Shown piece by piece: positions 15,476 through 28,700 of a stretch of DNA of 64,000 nucleotides (within the stretch, counting starts at the first letter, position 1; the number at the start of each line of letters is the position of its first letter). The notes under the pieces are model-generated. The model saw only the letters and a list, made by a program, of their open reading frames with translations, was not told the origin of the DNA and did no database searches. Origin of the DNA: Phaeosaccion multiseriatum (Eukaryota > Protista > Ochrophyta, other classes); NCBI GenBank assembly GCA_965112735.1, contig OZ218960.1, forward strand, positions 2,046,001 through 2,110,000. The letters run 5' to 3'. Position numbers and translations under genes: made by a program.

Positions 15476-16974
15476 ATGACGTTCGGAGGAGCGTCTGCTT
15501 GTTTCCTCCTCCTCCTGTGGAGTAGGGGGGTCAGCGGCCGACTGAGAGGGACGGGCGGAGATGAGGACAGCAACGTGGTGGAAAGCGTCGACGCCGTGTT
15601 GGAGCGCGCTGAGAAAGTGAAGAAGAGTGTCCTCGTTACAGGATTTGAGGCCTTTGGCAAGCTTGGGAATGCTACAAACCCAGGTAAGAGTTGCACTGCC
15701 CGCGGGAAAGCCTTTCCTATTTCCCTATTTCCTCACTTCCACCGCTGTGTGCCCCCCACAGCGGCGGAAGCGGCCATGAGGCTGCAGGGCAAGTGCAAGA
15801 CTGTGTTCTTGGAAGGTAATGCCCCATTAGAAGTTTGCTATGAGGGCTGGCAGTTGCCTGTGAGCTTCGAAGGCAGCTCCCGGGTAAGCCTCGCCCTGCA
15901 AAAGACGCCCAATCGCTGGAGTGCAGTCATTCACCTGGGCTACGAAGCGGAGTCGAAGGGGCTGAGGCTCGAGATCGCGGCCGCCAATGTGAAGGCCAAC
16001 GAGGAGCTGGGCTCTACGGACAACTTCCTGGTGCCCTGCAACAAGGGGCCAGACTCGCCTTTCGAGGACATCGTTGAAGGGTGGGTGATGAGGGAGGAAA
16101 GAGGGTGGTGGGTGTCGCTCACCATCTCATTGCTGCTCGAACTATGTCCTAAGCTACGTACGCGCCGTTCCATGTTCCATCGTCTCTTACAGGGGTCCTT
16201 GTCTCCAACCGACGACAGCACCAGTTTCTAACTTTGATCTGACTGACATCCAAGCCATGCTGGCCGTGCACGGCGTGGGCAAAGGAGTGGTCAACCACGA
16301 CACGACGTGGAGCAGGGACGCTGGGGCATACTATTGCAACGATGCTTACTATCGAACGCTGGTGAGGGCAGAAGGGAGGGAGGGAGGGGCGGAGCTGGTG
16401 TCCCCTCCACTCGTTTGGGTCTTGTTGCGGACAGCTGGGCTGGTCTTCACCCCGATCCTCCCAAGCAATGAGGATACTTTGGCGGCCAAGTCCTTCCGCC
16501 TCATAGTCTCCCCCCCCTTGTGTCTTTTTCTTCTCGCGGCCCTGCTGTCTCTCTCACCCGTCTTTGTGGTGGCTAAGCTCCGCCCATCCATTACTTTCCC
16601 TTCCGCCCTGACCAGTACACCATCCGAACGCAAGGCCAGCACATGCTTCCTGCCCTCTTCATACACGTTCCTCCAGTGCACATCATGCCCGCGGAGGTCA
16701 CCTCCAGGTAAGTACAATGGTGCAGTGATCAATCAATCGTGGGGCCTTGGTTGGGCTCTGATGCCTGTGCTCTGACTCCCGAGGGCCAGGGACCGCTGAG
16801 CTCACCTTGCCTATTGCCTATGCCTTCGCTTAGCTGTGGATGGCGCTGATGCCTCCCACCGGTCTCCGCCTTGGGTGTATCATGTGCTGCTCCTCCGCCC
16901 TCTCCTGATCTCCTCTGCGCTCCTCTGCCAGGCTGGTGGAATACGTGGCGGAATCCATTCTGATGGCCAAATAA
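15476..16974 (+). CDS. Pyroglutamyl-peptidase I (peptidase C15) with N-terminal signal peptide
   Basis: VLVTGFEAFG...NP, VIHLG...LRLEIAAAN (catalytic E), SRDAGAYYCN.AYY (catalytic C), FIHVP (catalytic H). Five exons in phase. Confidence 0.9.
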
Positions 16975-17324
16975 GTGATGGGAGGCGGCGACAAGGCGGA
17001 GAGAGAGGCAGGCCAGCACCTACCGGAGCAGCTGCTCCAGTGGAGAGGGAAACACCGCGCTGCCTTATCCGTCGGTTGAGAAGGTTACAAGAGTAACATG
17101 CCTATTAGCTACAAGGTGAGAGAAAGAAAGCCTCTTGCGGCCCACCAATGTACAGAGAAACGCACACTGGGTAAGCTCTTAGCTTGTGGGGCGAGAGACT
17201 TCCCCCACACGTATGAGAGCTCTGTGCGATAAAACATACAAGAGAACGATATACGCACTCCTTTTGCCCGGGTTGCCCGGCCTCTCTTCTTCTTTCGGTT
17301 CTAGTAGTATATTCCAAGGCCCCT

Positions 17325-19276
17325 TCACGACGCGCTGGTGTAGAAGTGATGTCTGTGTAGGTAGAGCAGCATCTTCAGCGCGTACTTTGAGCCGCTGTCG
17401 AAGAGCGGAATGCCTTCAAAGAGCCCAGCCACGCCGGCCGCCACCGGCCGGAGGGACCGGTCAAAGAGCGGCGAGCGGAGCAAGTAGAACAGCCACATCA
17501 TCTTACGTCGCTGAAGCTCGGCCTGTTCTGCACTCCTCCTCCCATCGGTTCTTGCTGCCACTCCTGCCGCTCCTCGCCTCAGTGCCACCATCCCCTGGTG
17601 CCCGCTCTCCGCCCCTGCATCATCGGGGAATACGGCCTCTCTCGCCGATTCAAACCTGCTGCTGCTGTTCAGGCTTGTGCTGGTGCAGTGCGCGGAGAGC
17701 ACATCCATGGAGAGCGAAATACCCCAGGCCAGCCAACTTCGCTCGCCGAACTGCGCACAGCACTGGCTGTACACCACGGGCCTTGCAATGTGCAGAATCT
17801 CTCCCGTGTACATCCAGACAGCCCCCCTGGGGGAGTCCAACTTGCCAAAACGACTGGCAGTGTGCGAATCCACACCACCTTTCCCCGCCTCCTCCACCTC
17901 CTCCTCCTCCTCCTCCTCCTCCTCCTCCTGCTGCTGCTGCTGCTGCTGCCCGTTCCCTTCACGGCTCTGCGACGCTGGACTGTCCTTCGGTTCCACACTG
18001 TCGCCCACGCTTCTGATGGGTAGGCTGAAGCACACTCCGCTCCTCTTTCCGTGGTACACGGTCCCGCCGCCTCCGCTGACAGGGGCCAGTGACCTCTCCC
18101 CCCCCCACCGCCCCCCTCGTGGTCGCTTAGCGGCTAGCGGCTGTTGCCCCTCGTCCAGGGGGGGAGACACAGTCTGAAGAGTGTTGGACAAGGCAGTGAA
18201 GAGCGGTGGAATAACTAATGAGCTGAGACAGGTTGGGTAAAGTGGCACCTCACTCCAACACGACTTACATGCCCGCCTCCTTTGATCATCTCCTTGGTCT
18301 TCATTAGGATGAAGAGTCGGCAGACAGCCTGAGCAAGTAAGTGCAAGGGGGAGAGGGAGGGTACAAGGGAGCGGGGGAGGGAGAGGGTGAAGGAGTGTCA
18401 GCAGCTCCACTGTCGAGAGGCGGACGGGGAAAGAGGCTTAAGCACCACGGTACCACTGTAGCAGAGGGAAAGTCCCCTCATACGCTCAGTCCACCCCCTC
18501 CCTGCAGTCTCCTCACCTTGATGAGCTCCAGCAGGGTAATGAGCTTTCGGCGACCTCGCTGCCCGCCGACTTTAAGCCCCACTTTCTCCACTATAACCTC
18601 TATTTGCTTCAGAACAGTCAGCGCCAGCCGAAGCTGCTCCAGCCTGTAGCACGATATGGGCAGAGAGAGACACACAGGGAGACAGGGAGAGAGAGGAGAG
18701 AGGGAGAGAGAGAGAGATCAGCCCAAAGATTGTGCTTAAGGATAGGTATCCAGCCAGCGCCCCATACACATCTCGTGAAGAGGAAGAGAGTCATGCCCCT
18801 TGGAGCAGACTAGGACCGGCAGCCCCCCTCGCCTCCGGTCGCACCTTTTCATCCAGAGCGGGGAGCGAGGGGCGGAGTTGCTCCCCTGCAGCAGCTGCTG
18901 TGTCTCCTTCCATCGTCCCGCCCCCCCCGTCAAAATCAAGTCGTGCAGGACAGCCAGCAAACTGCTCACGCAGTACCCTCCTTCCGCCGCCAGCTCTCTA
19001 TCGGGAAAGAGGGCCGCCGGAACTAAGAATCCTGAGTATTGCAGCAGCTGCTCCACCCCGCGAGCCGCCAGGGGATTGCTGCGGACTCGGTCGGCATACC
19101 CTTCTATCTTACTGAGGATAGGCTTACGGGTGCTGCCCCCACCGCTGCTCCTGAAAACAGATACGCATCCAGACAAGGTGAGTGGGGACGAAGCTTTAGC
19201 CCTTTATCAACGAAGCGGCGGGAAATAGGACCGCGGGCAAAGTCAAAGCACACAAACGTGAAGCCACTCACTCCAT
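17325..19276 (-). CDS. PEX16: Peroxisomal biogenesis protein PEX16
   Basis: Y...VRSNP, ELAAEGGY..SSLLAVLHDLIL, LTVLKQIEVIVE, GEILHIARPVVY, SWLAWGISLSMD, ELQRRK..WLFYLLRSPLFD, C-terminal HHFYTSAS. The first coding exon is 5 nt (ATGGA, 19276-19272). Confidence 0.92.
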
Positions 19277-19426
19277 CTTGGCTAACTTCCTGTTGCGCCA
19301 GCCGTCTGAACAAAAAGAGGAAAAAAAAAAAAAAAAGGAATTACCAACACGTCAAGCCGTCGGAAAAGTCGGTACAGAATTTTTTCCTTTTTCCTTTTTC
19401 TGAGGCTGGTTTGAAGGTTTGAAGAG

Positions 19427-20180
19427 ATGCCCAGGCGCAGAGTCCCAAAGAGACTCCAAGCGGACTTCTTCACAGCCTGCCATGGACTGTGCCTCGGTGG
19501 GACGCAGCCCAGCGAGGAGGAGGAAGGCCTGCAGAGGGTGGAGGAGGTGATTAAGGAGGCCAAAGTCGCGGGCATGGCATTTCACCTCTTGGCTCTTTCG
19601 TATGAGGTCGCCACCGGGCCGTGGGGCTCGGGAGCTCTAGATCCTAGCGACGCTATGTGTAAGAGATTTCGCCAAAGCACGGAGGTTTACCGCCCATGGG
19701 TTTGCCAGGATGAGAAGGCATGGAGGCCCCCAACAGGTACCTGCGTCGTTTGAGATCGGCGTTGGGTTGTTTATTGAGCGAGTGGTGTAACATTTGCATT
19801 ACCCTAAACTCCACACGACAGGCTCACATCCCGAGATGGGTGACAGCATCCTCCATGTTGCCGTCAAGTGCGGATGCGCGGCTCTTGTAGACCTCCTCCT
19901 GAGGGAGCACAGGTCCCTCTTGCAGAGGAAGAACGCTCTGGGCAAGACCGTTCTACAAACCGCCGAGGAGTACGGGCAGCTGGGGTTGATTCAGCAAAGC
20001 CTCGTGGCGGTATCGCGCCCAGCAGCGTGCGGGGAGGGGGGAGAGCAAGAGGATATGGCGGCGTCCACGGGAGACGCTTGCAGCCTGCCCCCCAGCTACA
20101 TGAGACCTAGTTTGACGCCGTTCCAATTCTCAAAGAGCCTAGCGGGCGCTGACTCGCGTAGATATTTGCATATGTCTTAA
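19427..20180 (+). CDS. Small ankyrin-repeat protein (2 exons)
   Basis: GDSILHVAVKCG..LVDLLL and KNALGKTVLQTA ankyrin motifs; phase-1 intron ~19737-19821. Confidence 0.7.
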
Positions 20181-20379
20181 TAGTACACCACCACCACCAC
20201 ATCGTCAACGACAAAATAAAAAAACAAAAGGTGGAGATCCGTTTTTGTACGTTTGAAGTCCATCGGCTGCTGCCCTTTTGTCCAGAAGCAAAAGGTTGGG
20301 CGGCGTGAGCTCCCTCGTATGGGTCCTGTGGGCGCTGATGGTTCGGCCTAGGTCGGCCTAGTTCGGCATCCGCTTACCC

Positions 20380-21963
20380 TCACACATATGCTGCGGCGCC
20401 TCGTGCCGCCGCGCGAGCCTGATCTGGGTTGTTCCTCGCAAAGTCTGCTCCGGCCTTGGCGATTGCGCCTTGATTGTTTCGTAAAAAGTCCTTCCCCTCT
20501 GACTCTAAATCCTTCCGTTGCTGGTTCTCCTCCACCTCGGGGTACTTTGGGAGCGGAAGGGCGAGAGAATTGAGAAGAGCAAGGGGGATTCACGAGAGAC
20601 GGGACCAGTTAATGAAAGTGAATGGAAATGGAAAAGTTTCGTGTGGAATCGAAACACGCATAGCACCATAGCACGACCCCCACGCTTACCTTACAAATGA
20701 CGTAAAGGTTGAAGGCCGCGTTGGAAACCATTGCAACACCGGATACTATCCCCAGAATCGAGCCAAAGCTGAAGCAGATAATGCCGACAAACAAGAGGAA
20801 AAAAGTCCGGCCCTTGGCGTTATACAAGAAGCCGAAGTTGTTGGCGACAGTCTTTGCGACGGCCTTCAAGTGCGTCTCGAAACAGCACAGGAGGCATGAG
20901 AAAGCACTGGAGAGAAAGGGGGGGGCGGGTGGAGGGTAGACAAGCAGGTGCGGGAGGACGTCAGCGCACGGGGTGGACAGACTTCAAACTTCGTAAAGGA
21001 GGCCTGTGTTTGTAGCAATACATCAATAACAGACTTGTGCTTTCCACTCCCACAAATGGTAAGGGCAGAGCTGGTGGGGAGAAAGGCGAGGAGGGCAACT
21101 AAGCAGCTGTGGGAGTACTACATGCTTCAAAAAACGTAAGAAGGGTGGTAATGTATCAGTAACAGGCTTGCTTCCCCACCCCCACGAATCGTAAGAGCAC
21201 ACGTACGGTAAGGAGGGCCTGCGTGTGTGGCCATGCCTCAGTAACAGACTTGCTTTACCACCTCCACGAGTGGTAAGAGCGGGAGGAGGTAGGAGGACAA
21301 CAAAAGAGCCAGAGCAGAGCGGATGGAGAGTCAAGGCGAGTACCACTTACAAGAGGTAGCAGGCGAGAACCCCCGCCGAGATTCCTGGGGTGCCGATCAG
21401 CTCGAGAGCGGCAGTGGCCGACAGAAGCACGGACAAGACGACGTTGATGACTCTCATGTACAAGACCATTTTGGGCACCTCTGCAGCCCGAGCGGCCCGA
21501 GCTGCCTCACTCTCCGCTGTCGGAGCAGCAGAGGCGGCAGCCCTTGCTGGCCCGCCTCCCGGGGGTGGGGGAGGAGGTGGCGCACTGCCCCCTCCGCCCC
21601 CCCTTAGCCACGCTGGGGCGTCTCCGTCACCCCCCCCCGCCGCTGCGTTATTCGAAGACCGCGCGGCAGAGACAGACGGGTCCTGAGAGGAGGGAGAACA
21701 TTGGGAGAGGGAGGGGGGGGTGAAGGGAGGGGGACGAACATCTGGAAATACCCCACTCCCCTCCCAGCAGTCTCGCCACCGAAATAGAGATATCAAGCAG
21801 TAGGAAGGGGGCCTAGGCAATGGAAAAGGGCGGGCTTGCGCTTTCGTTCCTCTGCCCCCCCGAGCTGTTGCTTGGAATAGCGTTCTCACGCCTCCCCCCC
21901 TCGGTATCTCTCCCACATACTCACGGCAAAGGGATTGTCGTTAGCTGGTTGCGCCCACGCCAT
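20380..21963 (-). CDS. COPI-associated / TVP15-family Golgi membrane protein
   Basis: MRVINVVLS..., YLFAFSCLLCCFE, NFGFLYNAKGRTFFLLFVG (TVP15 signature); N-terminal DNPF motif; 4 exons in phase. Confidence 0.85.
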
Positions 21964-22159
21964 GCTTTCGAGAAACTCGTGTGTGTGATGGAGCCAAAGG
22001 AGAAGCAGGGAAGGAGGGAGGGAGGGGCAAGAGAGGAGAGAGAGGAGAGGAGAGGGGAGAAAGGAGAATTGAAATTTTTCTTCCTTTTTGGGCGAGCTGA
22101 AATCTCTTTTTACTTTTCGCGCGCGCCAAACGCCCTCCACAGAGCCAGAGCAGGGCCTG

Positions 22160-25100
22160 ATGAGGGCTCTACTCTGTTGGACGGTGCTGAGCTACTGGAT
22201 GTCTTTTGGGAGTGCGTTCAACACGCTCATGGTTCGCCGCGGTGGGTTGAGGATGCAAGCAGCGACTGAAGGAGGGGTAGAACCAGCCCCAGTGGCAATT
22301 GCACCAGCTGGACAAAAGAAGCTGCCCTGCAAACTCAACAGGCTTCCTTTCATGGACCAATTCACTCAGCTTGGCCATGTCTTGATGCCGTCCACAGCAA
22401 GAAGCGCAGCCGCGGGGGTAGGAGACATGAGTGTGGGACCGGAGTTGGCCAAGACCGTGCTCTACGATCTCGAGAAGGTCAGGAAGGAGGTCAGGAAGGA
22501 GTCTCAAAAGGTTATGATGCCCTACGACAGGGAAAACGAAGAAGACGACGAAGACGGGGATGCGGCGGCCGTCGATGATGGCGCGCAGAGGCGGCAGCAG
22601 CAGGGCCCGGGAAGGAGCTTCGACTTGCCTTTAGAGTATTGCGCGGCCCTCTTCTTCCTTGGACGATTGACAGCAAGGGTGAAAGACACCCATCGTGAGC
22701 TGTACGCTTCGTTCAAGTTTGTCAACAAGAAGAACGGACTGGGAAGGCACATTCTCGCTGTGGAGACAGGGCAGTACCCTCTTCTCAAGGCAGAGAGGGA
22801 CATACGGGCTGTCATGGTGACCATTGAGAAGAGTATTTGCGAGGCAGAGATGGTCCTGACTGCCTTCAATACGCTTCAGCGGTCGCATACATCTGGGGTA
22901 GAGGCAAAGCCGACAGGGTTTGGGGGTGGGAGTCCCGAGACGCAACAGCAACAGGACACTTCGATACGAGAGGACTTCCTTTGGGGCCTTCGACCGCTGC
23001 TGGAGCACTGCCAAGGGCGCAATCGAGCCGAGATAGTTGGTGTCTACACCAGAGGTAGGTGTGTGTGACTTTCATCCATCGCAGGTGGGTGAGAAGGTGT
23101 GTGTGACTTAAATCCATCTCTCTCTCTCAAAATCTGTCAGGCCTTTTTGGTGTGTATTTTGGCAAGCACAAGAACCCCCTACTCGAGAAAGGCGCCTATC
23201 GCTCTATCAAGGAGGCCTTCCCCGGTGGAGCGAACCAGAGAAAGAGGGACAGAGTGGGAGCGGGTTCGGAGGGAGACACTCGTCCACAACCCACTGCCTC
23301 TGCCCGCCTAGGGGGCAGGCTGGCATGGCCGTTTCTGCTCTTTGCGAGGAGGTGGTACCTGTCACCCTTCGGAGCGGACACACCGGGAGATGTGGACGAG
23401 CTCGTGCGGCAGTTGATGCAGGCAGGGTATAGCGTTATAGCGGTGGTTGCTTGTGCTAAGGAGCGCAAGGCAGGGCAAGGGGTGGACCGCATGCTCTTTG
23501 ATAGCGCTCCTCTCACAAACAAACACGTTTGTGAACACAGGCCAGCCCAAGTGGGGAGACTCTCCGGTCACTGCACCGGTGGCTCTTCGGCATGCTCAGG
23601 TGAGGTGACAGGGAGACACATCTTTATTCGTGCTTGTCCATTGCGGTTTGTTGACTGCGTGTGTCTGATTGCAGCCTGAGTGCGCAGGAGGCAGACGACT
23701 CGTTTTCTGATACTATCTTCCGCAACGGAGACCCCCTCTTCATCGACGGCAACAAGAAGCGGCGCCAGCGGTGGCTCAAGGGGCAGTCGGAAGTGGGGCT
23801 CTTGGTTGGGCTCATGGCCGAGGGCTGCAGTAAGAAGGGCCTGCGAGGCAAGGAGCTCGTGCAGCACGTCAACTTCATCATGTTCGTACCGGCCTTTGTG
23901 CGAAGACTGCCCTTAAACTCTAAGGGAAGGGCTCCCTACGAGCGAGTTCTCAAGCGAGCGTCCATGGCAGAGCTATCGCCAGCCGAGAGGGAAAGGCTCT
24001 CTGCTCAAGTCTTGGAGGTGGGTGTCCATCCAGTCCCCCTCCCTCCCTCTCTCTCTCCCTCCCTCCCCCCCTCCGTTTTGTTTTCTCTCTCCTCTCGGCG
24101 CGTGCATGCGTGTGTGCGCCCGTCTCTTGTGTGTTCGGGGCGAGGCCGCGAGTGTGTCCTGACCCTTTGCTGACGCCTTTCCTTCCTGCTTTCCTTCCTT
24201 TGTGCCTCTATATACGAAAGGTGTTACAAATGGCCCTCGTCGACTTGTTGGGAGTGACACCCGAGGAGGCACAGACGCAGGCTTGTCAAGCCTCCATTTC
24301 CGTCTTTCTTCAGACGTGGAAGGCCCCCCATCTCCTCACTGACTATTACAACATGCACAGAAACAACCCGTCCGTGCTGGGTGTGTTCCAGCGCTTCTTA
24401 AGAGCCCTGTTTTCTGTGTCCGACGAGACCGTAGCGGACCTTCGCTTTAGAGACTCTGCCAACGCTGCCCACCTCTCGCTCTTCAATGAGAAGATTCGGC
24501 GCAGATGGGAAGGTAAGGCTCCTAGTTGGGCGACGAAGGAAACGTAAATGAAAGAGGAAGGAGGAAAGAGTCTCCCTCCTAAACCCCCTACACCCCTGTT
24601 CGTTCGTTCGTTCGTTCCCACAAGCAGACGTGGAGGGCGTGCTGGCGGGCACCAACGACCCGGAGACCCTCTTCCGCCTCGGCGAGGACACGCGATCGTG
24701 CATGGCCATCAACCCCGCCAACAGGAAGTCCAACGCGGCGCTGCTCGGCTACCTCCTGCAGGGCAACTCCCGCCTGCTCTTGGTGCAGGATGAGGAGGGG
24801 GCGGTGCTTGCGCGGTCAGTGGTGCGGCTCTTGGCGAGGGGGGACACAGGAGACCCTGTGCTCTGGGCCGATATGGTATACTTCGCTTCTGGGGTGGACC
24901 CCGCCTTGGAGAGGCTGATTTGGGAGCAGGCACTGAGGCTGAGCAAGCAGATGGGTGTGCCGGTGTATCGGGCAGAGGACACGCTTCCTCCCCCACCCGC
25001 CCACCGTCTGAACAGCCCGTTCATTGAGACGCAGAGCCTCAACACCGTGGGGAGAAACACGGAGGGCTCCTCCGGCTGTGCTGATGCGGATGGAGCAGAG

Positions 25101-25322
25101 CTTATTGAGCTTGATGGAATATCCAACTACATTCACTCAGACGCGGTGAGAACCACCGGGGAAGGGCGGTTGGGTGCAGACTGCTTCTTGCGGCGGCCTC
25201 CCGTGCTGCCGTTGGAGCAAAGCGAGAACGAGGAGGGGACAACTCTTGAGGCTGTGGATAGCCGCGGCGCTCGACAGCTGGCTTTGGCCAGACTCAGCTA
25301 CTCCGCTACGCCGGCTAGATAG
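22160..25322 (+). CDS. Large predicted plastid-targeted protein of unknown function with a bacterial-type C-terminal domain; 6 exons
   Basis: Signal peptide ending GSA-F followed by an R-rich transit-like stretch. Spliced ORFs join in frame (one GC-AG intron required). C-terminal TNDPETLFRLG..TRSCM...LLGYLLQGNSRLLLVQDEEG.VLARSVVRLL...PVLWADMVY. Confidence 0.75.
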
Positions 25323-25740
25323 AGCTCTCTCTCTCTCTCTCAAAACTGGCGAAGCGAGAAACGTCGCGGTAGAGTGTGTTCCGCTCCCAGGGGATTGTGC
25401 GCCTTCCACATAGAGAAGCGGGGGCAGCCCTAGCGCTCAATGAGGGCGCGAGTGTGCGAGTTGACGGTTGGCGACTGCCTCAGATGTTGTGGTGCAACAG
25501 GACTCGAACCTCGGAGAAGGGGGGGGGAGCGTCGTCTCCTGCCACGCAGCAGGACGGGTCTAGAACACTTGGACGCCGCACTACCAAAGCCAACGAACAA
25601 CGCGGAGGAGACACGTCAAGTTCACGATTCGGTGCGTAACTTCAAAAGCGGTTGGAAAAGCGAGGTGGCTGTCTCAGTCCTTTTAGTGCTGCTCATCCCC
25701 TCGGGAGTTGCTGGAGTGGCTGCACTGTGAGGGCCCCGTC

Positions 25741-28700
25741 CTATAGGGCCCCTTCCGGTAGGGCCCCTTCCTGTGATTGCTCAGCCCTTTGCTGAGAATC
25801 ACTCCCGTCCCTGACCTCCTGTGCTGCTCGCTCTTCTCTCTCCTTTGCTCGCTCTTCTCGCTCCCTCCGCCACCTTCGAACCCTCCTCTTTACCCTCCTC
25901 AGCAGCCGCCTGCCTGTCCGACGAATTGGGTACGCCCCTGAGAGGGCCTTGATGGGGTGGATCACTTGCGGGTCGCTTCGGACGTCCCACGCGTACTGCA
26001 TGTGAGCGAGGACGGGGATGAAACAGAGGAGCCCGATGCACAGCGGAGCAAACACCACGAGCCAGCTTATGTGGTCTGCCCACGGCCGCTTTCCATCGAT
26101 CCCGTCGAGCCTCAGGGAGAGGAGAGAGAGGAAGAGCAGCCACGGTGCAGAGCCTCTCCGCCACACGTCTGCGTAGATGGGCTTGATGGTCCACAGTTGG
26201 GCCCAGGCTACGAGGCTAAAGGCGGCCTGGGGCAGCATGAGGACAAGCAGCCAAGACGACTCAAGCTCGGGCTGAGCAGATCCCAGCTTCTGCAGAACGA
26301 GGCCGGCAGATACGAGGAGGATGAACCACGGGATAGAGAAGAGCACTCCGAATCGGAAGATGAGGCAAAAGCCCCCCAGCCCCAGCTTTGCTCGACCTTT
26401 CCAGAAGATGCTGTGAACAAGTAGTAGAATATGTGTTGGGCGGACGGGGAAACAGACAAGAAAAACAAAGGGAGGCAAGGCGGCAAGCATTTGTGTGCGT
26501 TTGCTTATGAGCAAGGACTCAAGACTTTCAGGCACCAGTAGCAGAAGGAGAGTTTTAAGAACTGACAATATACACGCCCCCCACTTACTCACTCCCTCAC
26601 TCACCCCGCAAAGTGCACGGTGATACCCGCAATGAAGGCGGCGCTCGCGAGCAAGTAGGGCAGCACCAGCAGCTCTGCCGCCGCATTCTCGGCCATGAAG
26701 CGTGACCCCAGCCACGGCCACAGCACCGCCAGGGCCAACACAATGGTGTACAGCAGCGTGGCCAATGGGCGGGCCGTCCTGTCCTGAACGAAGCGCATCT
26801 GATGGCCGAATACGTGGCGCGCCTCCTCCCCATTCTGATATGCCACATCGTACGTGAGATTGCCTCGAGCTAGAGTCACCGTCCCGGGGTACCAGCTGCG
26901 TGTACAGTGTGGAGCATGCAGCGTGCGAAAGAGGCGAATATGAGCGTCAGGACAGGATACTATAGGGTGCGCGCCTCCATCATGGCCCGTATTGGGCACC
27001 CCCCTCCCCCCCAACCCCCAACTCCCCGTCCCTTTCAATACAACGCACCTGTAGGCCACTCGATTGGCCCAGCTCTCAATCCTGTCCCCCGCCTCGTAGC
27101 GCTCCCTCCCTTCGAGCACTCTTCTCGGCACGGAGGGCGCGAAGGTCGTGTGCACATCTCTCCTGAACTTGAAGTTGTACTCGATGCGCTTGCTCGGGTC
27201 GGACACAAACGACAGACCCAAGAAGCTCTTGACCTTCCTATGGACGCTGCTGAACCTTCGAGCCTCGTGACGGTACCTCTTTCGGCTCTTGCGGAAGGCA
27301 AATCTGGAGTATACCATGACGTAGCACGCTGCCACACGGAGGCGGTCCTTTGGCGACACCTTGCCTGTTGTCTCGTCGGGCACGGCCGGCTCCACCGCTT
27401 CCAGCTCAATTTCCTCGTCAAATGATGTCAGAAAGACCTCCCGTTCTTGTGGTAGTCCGTCTCCTTCTCCTTCTCCTTCTGCTGCTGGTGCTGCCTCTAG
27501 CGCCATTTTCGCCCCTTTCGGGTGCTGCTGAGCCTTGGCCGACGCGGCCCCTGCCTCCTCCAGGCCCCCTGCCTCATCGTCAAAGTAAGCAGACTCCATT
27601 TTCAGCCCATAATCGCTGCAATCGCTGTCCGTCGTCTCCGTATCTGCATTGGGATTCGCGTCCCTCGCAAACCCTCTGAACACCTTCGCAGTCCCCCCAT
27701 CACCCCCCTCTGCGTCGGAGCCTTCGCCCCCCTCACCCCCCATGTCGGCCCCACCTCCTCCTGTGCCTCCGTCGAGCTCCATCTTACGCGCAAGGCCCTT
27801 GCGCGGCTTGTACGTGCACAGAGTGCCGCACTTGCTGCAGCCCGGAGCTTTGGGCTGTTGCACGAATTGAGCGTACAGCTGCTCCTCGTCAAGTTCTTTC
27901 CGCTTGAACACCGTGCGAATTTGGCGCCCCTCTTTTCCGTTCCATTCCAGTGGAATGAAGTTCTCCGTCCCACAAATGATACAGTTCCATTTGTTGCGGC
28001 TGCTGATTCTCGATGTCGTTGCTTGCGAAAATTGCCCCAGCATGACAGGCATCTTTGCCTGGGCCTTTTCAGCAGCAGCTCCATTGCCCTGCGTCGAGCC
28101 GAGGGCATTACCCTCCGGCTTCGGCTCTACGAGCAAGACGCGACTCCCGCCTCCCTTCTTCGGCTCCTGCTGCGCACGAACCTTGAGTGCAGCCTCCCTT
28201 TCTACTACCGGCAAGCCGGCACTACGGTCGCTGTCGTTTCCCTCCCCCGCTTTCTCGCTCAGTTTCCCTTCCTCTGCTCCCGGTCCACATTCCAAGTCAA
28301 CAGCTGCTGCGGCGTCTTCTTGTCTGCCTTCTTCACCTGTGCCTGCCTTGCCACCCTCTTTTTCGGTATCATCCTGTTCTGAAGGCTCTCCTGAGAGTTC
28401 CCTCTCTCCGGCGACAGGGTCCTCTCCATCTTTTTGGGCATTCGAAAGGCCTACTTCAAGATCACGTGCGCCCTCTTCCTTGGAAAGTGTATCCTCACCA
28501 CCGGGGGAGCGGGGATCTGGCTCGGCAGCGGCTGCATCTGCAGGGCTCAGCTCTCCCTCACGCTCGCCCTCCCTGCCCTCCACGCTGTGCGTATCATTTC
28601 CTGCTCCATCATCACCTCCACCGACATCTCCTTGTGCTTCAACAGCTGCGGACGAATCTTGGCCTTCTGCATCCAGTTGGCTCTCTCCCATGTCACCCAT

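Noticed and set aside
20995-21282. CRISPR-like array
   Set aside because: Eukaryotic intron; repeats are degenerate and irregularly spaced; no cas genes.
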